This document shows, piece after piece, positions 36,112 through 44,203 of a DNA stretch of 64,000 nucleotides (its first letter is position 1; each line of letters opens with the position of its first letter). This DNA is from an uncultured Desulfobacterales bacterium (GTDB lineage: Bacteria > Desulfobacterota > Desulfobacteria > Desulfobacterales > UBA11574). The translations under genes and the position numbers were made by a program. Location of the stretch: positions 7,103 through 71,102 of the forward strand of contig CALLDL010000004.1 in NCBI GenBank assembly GCA_937998305.1, given 5' to 3'. The notes under the pieces were generated by a model. That model saw only the letters and a program-made list of their open reading frames with translations. It was not told where the DNA came from and searched no databases.

Positions 36112-37203
36112 TTACGGCCAGTTTTTCGAGGGACAGAAAAAAGATCCCTTGGTTTTCTTGGCCAAACGCCAATAGACGTCAGCAGCCATGGGATCCCCCT
36201 CCATGGGATAAAGTATGATGTTCACCGGCACCCTTTTAGGCAGTTGCGAAATTGCTTCGTTAAACAGACTTACCCGTTTTTTACTGGAAACCCTTGTTCG
36301 CCATGGCTTGCTGCTTCCCATGGTCGGCAAACCATCGGTAAGTAAAAATATGTTGTCCGGGGTCGGTTTCATCTCGTTGATCGATTTGATCGCGCTTATC
36401 AGACTGGTTCCTTTTTCCGGAACCAGCCGGTACAAACTTTCTGCCGAAAGGTTTAATGGGTCCATCGCGCCGGCATCCAGCCAGGTTCCTTTTGAATGTT
36501 CAAGCAAAGGGCGTGCGGTTTCGTTAAATATGTATATTTGAAATTGACTGGTTGAAGGAAGCTGGGTGATCAGCCAGTTCATGGTTTTCACTGCCTGTTG
36601 CCATTTGGGAGCGCTTATTTTCTGAACATTTTTTAAATTGCGCCGGCGGATAATCCCGACAACGGTTTCATCCAGCATACTGGCTGAGACGTCCAGGAGA
36701 ATAAAGATCCGCTTTCCCCCCATTTTTAAATCCGTAAGGTACTGGCGATCTCCCTGCCCTGGAAACGGGCGCAATCTGGAACCTATGTCATCCTGTGTTT
36801 TGGCCCCGGCTTTCAACCGCCGAAGCTCCTCTTCAAGAGATCTTAAATCATCTTTTAACTTATTGATGTGTGTTTTGCTTGCAAGGGTGTCCTTGTCTCT
36901 ATCCGCCAGTTCAACCTTTTTTTCATTGAGTATTTTTATAATTTCGCGGGATCGTCCCTGTGTGGTCACCAGGTCGGCATCAATTTCAGAAAGGATGTTG
37001 CGAGACTCAACCAGTTTTTTTTTATCGTCCAAAACCTGCTGTTCTATTTTGTTCACTTGAGCACGCAAATCCGACGTTACGGCGTCCCGTCGATGAGCGC
37101 TTTTGGCGTTTACCACGACAAATAAAAGAATAATCGCCCCTAACCCGCAGCAGATGCAGTCAATGAAAGATAAGCTGAATACATTTAATTTTCTACGTTT
37201 CAT
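36112..37203 (-). CDS. ExbD/TolR-like TM helix + coiled coil + VWA-domain protein (paralogue 1)
   Basis: Start set at MKRRKLNVFSLSFIDCICCGLGAIILLF (ATG at 37203, 11-nt overlap with the upstream gene). Coiled coil, then VWA with MIDAS ILLDVSASM and LLTDGLPT. Confidence 0.75.
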   Translation of the reverse strand: MKRRKLNVFSLSFIDCICCGLGAIILLFVVVNAKSAHRRDAVTSDLRAQVNKIEQQVLDDKKKLVESRNILSEIDADLVTTQGRSREIIKILNEKKVELADRDKDTLASKTHINKLKDDLRSLEEELRRLKAGAKTQDDIGSRLRPFPGQGDRQYLTDLKMGGKRIFILLDVSASMLDETVVGIIRRRNLKNVQKISAPKWQQAVKTMNWLITQLPSTSQFQIYIFNETARPLLEHSKGTWLDAGAMDPLNLSAESLYRLVPEKGTSLISAIKSINEMKPTPDNIFLLTDGLPTMGSSKPWRTRVSSKKRVSLFNEAISQLPKRVPVNIILYPMEGDPMAADVYWRLAKKTKGSFFCPSKNWP

Positions 37204-38608
37204 CGGCTTCCAAGCAGGCAATGAGTCGTATGGTTTCTCGGGATGTCCCAAGGCGAACGATTTGGCCAAGTTCGAGTATAGCACTCCCGTTGATCTGTCG
37301 ATTATCTACAAATGTTCCCTGACTGCTGAAGTCCGTTAGAACAATACGGTTATCTTCGCGCTGAACCGTACAATGCTTTTTGGAAACATCGGATGATTTC
37401 GCTTCAACACGAATGCCTTTTCCAAAAGGGTAATGATCGCAGCCGATGATGAGAGGTTTTTCGGAGACGGGATAGGCCACATCGCGATAGAGTAAATGTG
37501 AGGGGTTTATCGTATGGGAGGTTTGATAAGAAATAGCTCGGGAAGTTGTAGATTCTGTCTGCTGCCAGGGACGGCTGGTAAAAAAAGATGCCCCATTTTT
37601 AAAGTGTCGATCGGTCAACGGGTCCCGGAGTTTTAAAACTCCCAGAGCACCGGCTCCGGGTTCGAGTTCAATGATTTTGCAGTTTTCTATTTCTAAAAGT
37701 TTATCCTTTAATCCCGGCAGACAGGCGACTCGATGGGTCGTTTGAAGGACGGTCAAGAGATTGTTTTTACCATGGTCATCTCGCATTTTTTCAATGAATC
37801 GGCAAATTTCATCATATATCTTCTCGCTCTTTTGAAACAATACATCACGCAGAAGAGTAATACGATAAGAATTTTTTCCATGGGATAATTCAAATAAAAA
37901 GGAGGGTTGGTTTTTAAAAATATCAAGGGCAGATGCCAGGCGGTTATAAAGTTCCTGTTCCGTTGCGGCCTGATGAAGGGGATCGAATCTTGTGGCATGA
38001 ACAAATTCTTCAGCAATGGTTTCCACCCAGCTCCGGTATAGCTGTTCCAGGCTAATTTCCTCGAATGTCACCGAGTTTTTCGCTGTTAGATATTCACCCT
38101 GATGAAGATAAGTGATTTCGAATCGGTGCAAATGGATGTCCAGGTGCAACAGCATTGCATTTGGATAAGCGTGATATGATGCGGCTATGGGCAGGGATAC
38201 AAAACCTTTAACGGGTATGGAAAGCTCCTTGGCCATACCCAGAATAAGTCCCAGCTGTTCTTTGCTGTAAAAGTTGGGTACAGCGATGATCATCTCATCG
38301 CCATACTGTTTAACGATTTCCCAGACGTGAAATAGATGGGTGTATGCGATTTCAGCATGATTTTGCGCATGTCGGTTCTTCTGTTTTAAAGGTTCCGTAT
38401 TCAATTGATCCCAGAATCTGTTGATGACTTGAAGTGGAAAGAGGTGTGCCTTGTCTGATGCCGGTTTTCCGACGAGCAGACGCTCTTTTTCCGGTATGGC
38501 GAATCCGGGACTTTCTTGTTCCTGTCCGTCAACGGTTAACAATCTTATTGGATTGTCCCCGGCAACCAGGATTCCGGAATCGGCGAGTTCAAGCCCTAAA
38601 AGTGTCAT
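37193..38608 (-). CDS. degenerate Hsp70/actin-fold protein with a C-terminal divergent FHA domain
   Basis: Hsp70-like order of segments (LGLELADSG; AVPNFYSKEQLGLILGMAKELSIPVKGFVSLPIAAS; LHLDIHLHRFE) with the nucleotide-binding glycines lost. C-terminus has VSKKH..LTDFSSQGTFVDN, FHA-like. Confidence 0.65.
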   Translation of the reverse strand: MTLLGLELADSGILVAGDNPIRLLTVDGQEQESPGFAIPEKERLLVGKPASDKAHLFPLQVINRFWDQLNTEPLKQKNRHAQNHAEIAYTHLFHVWEIVKQYGDEMIIAVPNFYSKEQLGLILGMAKELSIPVKGFVSLPIAASYHAYPNAMLLHLDIHLHRFEITYLHQGEYLTAKNSVTFEEISLEQLYRSWVETIAEEFVHATRFDPLHQAATEQELYNRLASALDIFKNQPSFLFELSHGKNSYRITLLRDVLFQKSEKIYDEICRFIEKMRDDHGKNNLLTVLQTTHRVACLPGLKDKLLEIENCKIIELEPGAGALGVLKLRDPLTDRHFKNGASFFTSRPWQQTESTTSRAISYQTSHTINPSHLLYRDVAYPVSEKPLIIGCDHYPFGKGIRVEAKSSDVSKKHCTVQREDNRIVLTDFSSQGTFVDNRQINGSAILELGQIVRLGTSRETIRLIACLEADET

Positions 38609-38721
38609 TTGTTCACCCTGTCAAATGGATTTTTTGGTATAAATTCATGGTATATGGTCACGAGGAGGCACACCCCGTGACCACCGTATCGTGTCGAAAG
38701 ATGCCATTTCTGGATGGACAC

Positions 38722-39525
38722 TCATTGTGTATGCAAATGCCTGGTCAATCTCTCTTCACAATATGCTTCTGTTTCCAAGACATATCTTTCCTGAAGCAGC
38801 TGCAGCTGGTGCAGCATAAACATGAGAACAATGCTGATAAGAAGCGCGATCAAAGTTGAGTTAAACGCTACCCCCAGGCTGCGGGTAACACCGAAAATTT
38901 CTCCTTCAATGGCCTGATGCGCCAGCCCAAGTGCATCTCCAATGCCTCGTACCGTGCCGATAAATCCGATGGAGGGAATGGCCCAGGCAATATATCTAAT
39001 CATGGACAATTCAGATTCCAATCGTTCACCTTCGGCCGAACAGTAGGCATGGGTTGCATCTGCGACATCCTGAATATTTTTTGTTGAACTAAATCTTTGC
39101 AAACCGGCCAGCAATGCTCTGGGAAGCAACCCGTTTTGTTGATACGTCGGCAGTGCTTGAATTTCCCGGGACAGTTCCCGGGTATCTTCAGGCAATATAC
39201 GAACCCCTTCGGCTAAAGGAATCAAACCCTGTTGTAACAGCGAACGGTGTCTTATGGTGGTAACAGCCTTAAACGCCATTATGGCCAGCGCCCAAAACAT
39301 GAGAACAAAACAGGCTTCTTGCTCATAATCGCGGATCAACACATAGGCAGAACGTTCGGTTGTTTGCGTTTTGTCTTTTTGGAGCATCTCAGCCTGACGG
39401 GTCAGAATGGCGTCGGCATTTGGACGAATGATGCCGACGTAAACGGCATGAACAAAAATGATAATCAGAATCAGAGAGAAAAGCTGGTAAATAAACTCCA
39501 TGGATATCGGTAATGTTTTTTTCAT
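38722..39525 (-). CDS. MotA/TolQ/ExbB-family proton-channel protein
   Basis: 267 aa with three TM segments. AIPSIGFIGTVRGIGDAL fits the G..GTV.GI signature, followed by GVAFNSTLIALLISIVLMF. Confidence 0.8.
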   Translation of the reverse strand: MKKTLPISMEFIYQLFSLILIIIFVHAVYVGIIRPNADAILTRQAEMLQKDKTQTTERSAYVLIRDYEQEACFVLMFWALAIMAFKAVTTIRHRSLLQQGLIPLAEGVRILPEDTRELSREIQALPTYQQNGLLPRALLAGLQRFSSTKNIQDVADATHAYCSAEGERLESELSMIRYIAWAIPSIGFIGTVRGIGDALGLAHQAIEGEIFGVTRSLGVAFNSTLIALLISIVLMFMLHQLQLLQERYVLETEAYCEERLTRHLHTQ

Positions 39526-39570
39526 AGTGAATTCTCGATGTTGATTTTACTTGCTAATAAGTAAATTAGA

Positions 39571-39788
39571 TACTCGACATACCCTTACCAAAGGAAATGT
39601 AACCGAAGCCTTCTCACAAGTGCCTAAAGTTTGAAGTGAATTAAAGTGCCTAAAGTTGAGGTAGCGCTAGCGCGCTGTCATTAAAATATAATTGGCTAAA
39701 AATTTCCTCAACTTTATCTCACTTTAGCCACTATTAACTATTTCTGTTTTAATATCAAAGTCAGCATATCAGTAAAAAATGTCGAGTA
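39571..39788. repeat. family E inverted-repeat element inside the cluster
   Basis: 10-bp termini TACTCGACAT / ATGTCGAGTA. Internal direct repeat AAGTGCCTAAAGTT x2 pairs with CCTCAACTTTATCTCACTTTAGCCAC. Central palindrome AGCGCTAGCGCGCT. Confidence 0.6.
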
Positions 39789-39862
39789 GGATTTGTACTT
39801 CTTAGTAAAAAAGTTTTCCGGTCTGCAACGCGTTGTTGGCGACGGATTCGAAACTAAAAGTG

Positions 39863-40195
39863 TCAGATATCGTATGGAAAATCAACACCCTGATCTGCCG
39901 GAATCGTTTCTGACGGAACGAACGGTTTTACCGGTTTTGTCTTTTTGGGAACATTTTTCTCTTGTGTCAACGTCTTTGGTTTGTTTGTATCTTTATGGGT
40001 TTTTGAGGCATTATCAACGGAAACATTGTTCGACGGTTTTTTGGGGTCATTTTGGGCAAAATAGGTTGATCCTGAATGTTGTCCGAGCGGTACGTTTAAT
40101 TCATAAAAGAATCCTGTCGGCACAGTTCCTGCCCATGTCGCTCCAAAAAGACATGTCCCCAATAAAGCAATTGCTATAAAAAATCTGTTTACCAT
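39863..40195 (-). CDS. small secreted/anchored Lys/Pro-rich protein
   Basis: Start at MVNRFFIAIALLGTCLFGATWA (signal or anchor), 2 nt after the upstream stop. K/P-rich spacer KPKTLTQEKNVPKKTKPVKPFVP. C-terminus ADQGVDFPYDI. Confidence 0.55.
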   Translation of the reverse strand: MVNRFFIAIALLGTCLFGATWAGTVPTGFFYELNVPLGQHSGSTYFAQNDPKKPSNNVSVDNASKTHKDTNKPKTLTQEKNVPKKTKPVKPFVPSETIPADQGVDFPYDI

Positions 40196-40197
40196 GG

Positions 40198-42309
40198 TCA
40201 TTTCAAATATCTGCAAACCCGAAAACCGACATCCTCACGTTTGTCATCACCGTAACTGCGATAGGCCAGTCTCAAGGTGTTGATACTTCCATGTTTCCAG
40301 CTGGATCCTCTGATCACATGGTGTTTACCGTTTTTGGGTCCGGTTGGGTCCACATATGTTTTTTCGGGATCATAACTGTAAATTGAATAAAAATCGTGAC
40401 ACCATTCTGCTACGTTACCGCCCATATCATACAACCCCAGGGTATTGGATTTAAATTTTGCCGGCGGAGCTGTTGTTACATATTCGTCATTGTAACCTTC
40501 GAGAACGGTGGGAAGCAAGTTTTTTGCGGATTGATCCAAATAATTTCCGGATAGTTGAACGGGAGGAAATTTGTTTCCCCATGGATATTTCGAAAATGCA
40601 TGTTTACCGGTAAACCGGGCACAGTACTCCCACTCTGCTTCGGTAGGCAGCCTGTAACCGGTATTTAACGGCTCGACGGCAGTCAACGTGTTCCCTTTTT
40701 TAACATAAGCCGGTGGCAGTGACGCTTTGGCGCTGAGCCAGTTGCAGAACCGGGCAGCCTGTTCCCAGGTGACTCGAACCGCGGGCTGGGCAGAATTGTT
40801 CAGACTCTGTGATTGAAAAAAGCCTGAATTGTGTTTGGCCAAAAATTCCTTGAATGCGTGGTTGGATACTTCTTTAAGGCCCATGTAAAACGGCCGTTTT
40901 AGTATGACCTTTCTAAGGGTTTCATTGGATCTGTGACCCTGTTCTCTGCGTGAAGATCCCATGGTGTAGGACCCGGGCTGGATTAATTTCAATCTGTAGC
41001 CTGTTTGAGTTGTAATCACCAGCGGTTCAGTTTCTTTGGACGCCCCCTTTTTCTTGAGCGCAACTTTCAATTGTTTTGGAAACCCGGGTTGGGGGGTGAT
41101 GCGGATTCCATAGGGATGAAAGCCTTTTTTATTGAATTCCAGTTTGTGTTCCACGGCGATCAGATTTAATTTTTTCGGAACAATGCCCCATGATTTGCCG
41201 TCTATTATCAGTTTGGTGTCGGGCGGTTCAACCGACAGGTGGACGATACCTCGTTTGGGTTTTAAATTCACATTGAGCTGTTTTGGTGCAGCCGATACAA
41301 CTTGTACGTTACGGTTTGTTTTTTTATAACCGGCCTTTGAAATTTGAACAACATGATGTTTGTCCGGAGAAAGATCGAGTGTCAGCGGTGTCTGACCGAC
41401 AAAAGCCCCGTCAATTATGATATTGGCTCCGGCGGGTTTGGTTTTGATCGTCAATTTGCCGTCTGCCGGCTGAAGCCGTACGTCTTTTATTTCTTGGGGT
41501 TCATTCAATTTTACATCCAGATGGTGTTTCCATGTTTTAAAACGATCGGCACTGATCTCAAGAAGATAAGACCCAGGCGACAGTTGAGTGTGTAAAGGGG
41601 TTTTCCCGAAGGATTTTCCGTCGATCAAAACATTTGCGTCCAAAGGCACGGAACTGACAATGATATCCGACCAACCCGGAAGCAGCGCCAGGTTAAACTC
41701 CTGAAATTTGTCACAGCCATGCACGGTAACATCGGTCTGAAAGTTTTGATAATTCTCGGCACCAATTTCAATTTTGTGCAGACCCGGCAGTATTTCAAGA
41801 TTCTCTATGGGGGTGTTTCCAACCACAGTACCATCGATATATACTTGTGCGCCTAAAATGTTACTTTCTGTATCACCCGAATCATAGGCGCGAATCATCA
41901 GGCGACCGGGACGTTCTTGCATCTTTAGACGCAGGTTCTGCCGTTTTTCATCGCTGACCCAAAATGTATGGTCAAGGGGTAAAAAACATTCTCTGAGAGC
42001 CTCCATCGTGTATTTTCCGGGACGCATCAAGTAATAGTTCCCGATTTTCGGTGTCAGGATACTCCCTGAAAACACAATACGTTCCGGAACCGGCTCGATG
42101 TCTATCACTACCTGACGGGCAGTGAAGACAAACCAGGTCGAGAGACAAAGAAAAATCAGGACGATTCCAATAAGAACGCCGACAACCCATTTAAAAATGA
42201 TAAACGGCTTTGGTCTTTTAGATGGCGGCTTGGACCGAAAGGATATCGGTTCGATTTTTATAGGCGTTTTCTCTCCACCGTTGTTTTGGATTGTGTCTGT
42301 CAATGTCAC
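40198..42309 (-). CDS. membrane-anchored PEGA-repeat protein with a C-terminal FGE-sulfatase (SUMF1-like) domain
   Basis: One TM (FIIFKWVVGVLIGIVLIFLCL), 4-5 PEGA-like repeats (e.g. VLIDGKSFGKTPL..LSPGSYLLEISADRFK), then RVTWEQAARFCNWLS, GYRLPTEAEWEY, GLYDMGGNVAEWC and IRGSSW. Confidence 0.85.
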   Translation of the reverse strand: MTLTDTIQNNGGEKTPIKIEPISFRSKPPSKRPKPFIIFKWVVGVLIGIVLIFLCLSTWFVFTARQVVIDIEPVPERIVFSGSILTPKIGNYYLMRPGKYTMEALRECFLPLDHTFWVSDEKRQNLRLKMQERPGRLMIRAYDSGDTESNILGAQVYIDGTVVGNTPIENLEILPGLHKIEIGAENYQNFQTDVTVHGCDKFQEFNLALLPGWSDIIVSSVPLDANVLIDGKSFGKTPLHTQLSPGSYLLEISADRFKTWKHHLDVKLNEPQEIKDVRLQPADGKLTIKTKPAGANIIIDGAFVGQTPLTLDLSPDKHHVVQISKAGYKKTNRNVQVVSAAPKQLNVNLKPKRGIVHLSVEPPDTKLIIDGKSWGIVPKKLNLIAVEHKLEFNKKGFHPYGIRITPQPGFPKQLKVALKKKGASKETEPLVITTQTGYRLKLIQPGSYTMGSSRREQGHRSNETLRKVILKRPFYMGLKEVSNHAFKEFLAKHNSGFFQSQSLNNSAQPAVRVTWEQAARFCNWLSAKASLPPAYVKKGNTLTAVEPLNTGYRLPTEAEWEYCARFTGKHAFSKYPWGNKFPPVQLSGNYLDQSAKNLLPTVLEGYNDEYVTTAPPAKFKSNTLGLYDMGGNVAEWCHDFYSIYSYDPEKTYVDPTGPKNGKHHVIRGSSWKHGSINTLRLAYRSYGDDKREDVGFRVCRYLK

Positions 42310-43934
42310 ACCTTAATGTTACAAATTATGGATACGCGCAACGATGTCTGGCCGGGTTTCACGGTGATTTTCAGCCGGACATCCTGGTATCCGTTGCGTG
42401 AGCCGACCACGGTGTACGTGCCGGGTCTTAGCGATAATTCGCGAAAGGTAAATTTGCCGAGTTTTCCGATTTTATAAACGGCGATTTCCGTAAGGTTATC
42501 AGACTCGATTATCACTTTAACAGGAGTTCCGGCGATATCCACCAAGGTTTTTAGCTCGTTTAATCGGGCGTTTAAATGTGTGCCCCTTTGTTCCAGTTTC
42601 TCGGCCTCCTCGATCAAACGTATCGCATTTTCAAGCTGCCGGTCCGATTCCATGACGTCGGGTTTTTCAAGAAAAAATGCAATTCGTTTAGCAACCTGAA
42701 TGTGTTCCAAAGAGCGTTTTTTACCCTGGACGGCAAAACTGATATTAGGATCAATTTTAAGAACTGTCAGATAAGATTTAAGGGCCTGTTCCCAATTTTC
42801 AGCCTGTTCGGCAGACATTGATTTTTGGCGAAGTTTTTCAATTTTATCTAACCGGATGGCCTCGTCAACCTGCAATAAAGCGCTTTTTACTTCACGTGAT
42901 TGGGGTTGGAAAGATTTTGCCTTTAAAAGCGTTGTTCTGGCGAGTTGATAATGGCCATTGTGATATGCCGTCAGCCCATCCGACATGAGTTTCTGAAACT
43001 GTTCGTCGACGATTTTTTCTTTCATCCGGATTAAGCCGTTTTGAGCTTCCCTGGATTCAGGGTCCAATTGCAGTGCCCTCTGAAAATCGGCATGTGCAAA
43101 AGCAAACCGATTATTTTCTTCATGGTTTTTCCCCGATTTTACCAGACGGTTCACTTCATCAAGCTTCTTGGCCCGTTCCAAATTCCGCCGGGCGGATTCA
43201 TCTGACGGTTGAATCTTTAAAGCCGTAGAAAATTTTTGTTGGGCAATGACACTGTCACCATTTTCAAGAGCCTTCTGACCTTCGTCTGTCAGTTTTTGAA
43301 ACACGGTTCCGGTGTTACTGATCAACTCTTTTGCTATATTGGCGGCTTGAGCATATTTTTCAGCTGCAGCAGAAAACGAACGATCCAAAAGCAGCCGGTC
43401 TCCTTCTTCGCTGAGGGCTGTCATGGTTTCATATTCTTCACCACCCCATACGGAACCCTCTTTTTCTTCTATCTCATTTTTAAGTTTCAATAACTTTGCC
43501 AATTCCTTGTCTGCCGTTTCTTTTTCCCGTTCAAATTTGGCAGTGTCGACGGTTTGCATTGATTTAATCGCTGGTTGTCGCTCTAGGGGAACGAAAACCG
43601 GTTCTGTCGTGGTGCCGACCCGCTCTTTGTTTGTCTTGGGAACATTCAAATCCTGTTTTTTTAAAATCCCGGTTTCCGAAGATTCTGTATGTTCCGTGTT
43701 TTTAGCCAGATTCACCGGATGTTTTGATAAATGGCGAATAAGAAAAAGACCCCCTGTCACCATTGAAGTAAGAATGATGAGAAGCAATAAAACGGTGATA
43801 GAGGTTATTCGAAAAGAGCGATCCGAGTCAGGCTGGTCATTCCCTTGGTGCACCTCAAGGGGCGTGATTATTTCCACGCCAAAATCTGAAGCCTCTTTAC
43901 CTTGAGGAGGTTGAGTGGGTGTGTCGGACGGCAT
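42306..43934 (-). CDS. membrane-anchored TPR-repeat protein with a C-terminal PEGA-like domain
   Basis: TM ITVLLLLIILTSMVTGGLFLI and several TPR-like A..F..AL...P repeats. The C-terminus LRPGTYTVVGSRNGYQDVRLKITV is PEGA-like. 4-nt overlap with the downstream gene. Confidence 0.75.
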   Translation of the reverse strand: MPSDTPTQPPQGKEASDFGVEIITPLEVHQGNDQPDSDRSFRITSITVLLLLIILTSMVTGGLFLIRHLSKHPVNLAKNTEHTESSETGILKKQDLNVPKTNKERVGTTTEPVFVPLERQPAIKSMQTVDTAKFEREKETADKELAKLLKLKNEIEEKEGSVWGGEEYETMTALSEEGDRLLLDRSFSAAAEKYAQAANIAKELISNTGTVFQKLTDEGQKALENGDSVIAQQKFSTALKIQPSDESARRNLERAKKLDEVNRLVKSGKNHEENNRFAFAHADFQRALQLDPESREAQNGLIRMKEKIVDEQFQKLMSDGLTAYHNGHYQLARTTLLKAKSFQPQSREVKSALLQVDEAIRLDKIEKLRQKSMSAEQAENWEQALKSYLTVLKIDPNISFAVQGKKRSLEHIQVAKRIAFFLEKPDVMESDRQLENAIRLIEEAEKLEQRGTHLNARLNELKTLVDIAGTPVKVIIESDNLTEIAVYKIGKLGKFTFRELSLRPGTYTVVGSRNGYQDVRLKITVKPGQTSLRVSIICNIKV

Positions 43935-44015
43935 AGTTGAACGTCTCGGAAATTCTACAACCTAATGAAATTATAGATTAAATTTTGAGGCTTGAGCGCT
44001 TGCCTCGAATATAGA

Positions 44016-44166
44016 ATAATGGAATGGTGGAATACTGGAAGGTTGGTTTTTAAAAGGATATTATCTGTTTTTAGTTTTATCGTTATCACAAATTTTACCA
44101 TTAACCCAACATTGCATTATCCCAGAATCCATTATTCCATAATTCCAGCATTCCACCATTCCAATT
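44016..44166. repeat. family F inverted-repeat element
   Basis: Arms ATAATGGAATGGTGGAATACTGGAA (44016-44040) and TTCCAGCATTCCACCATTCCAATT (44143-44166). Lies in the gap between two cluster genes. Confidence 0.6.
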
Positions 44167-44203
44167 GTGAGCGAAGCGAACTAAGTTCATTTGATGCTCG
44201 ATT

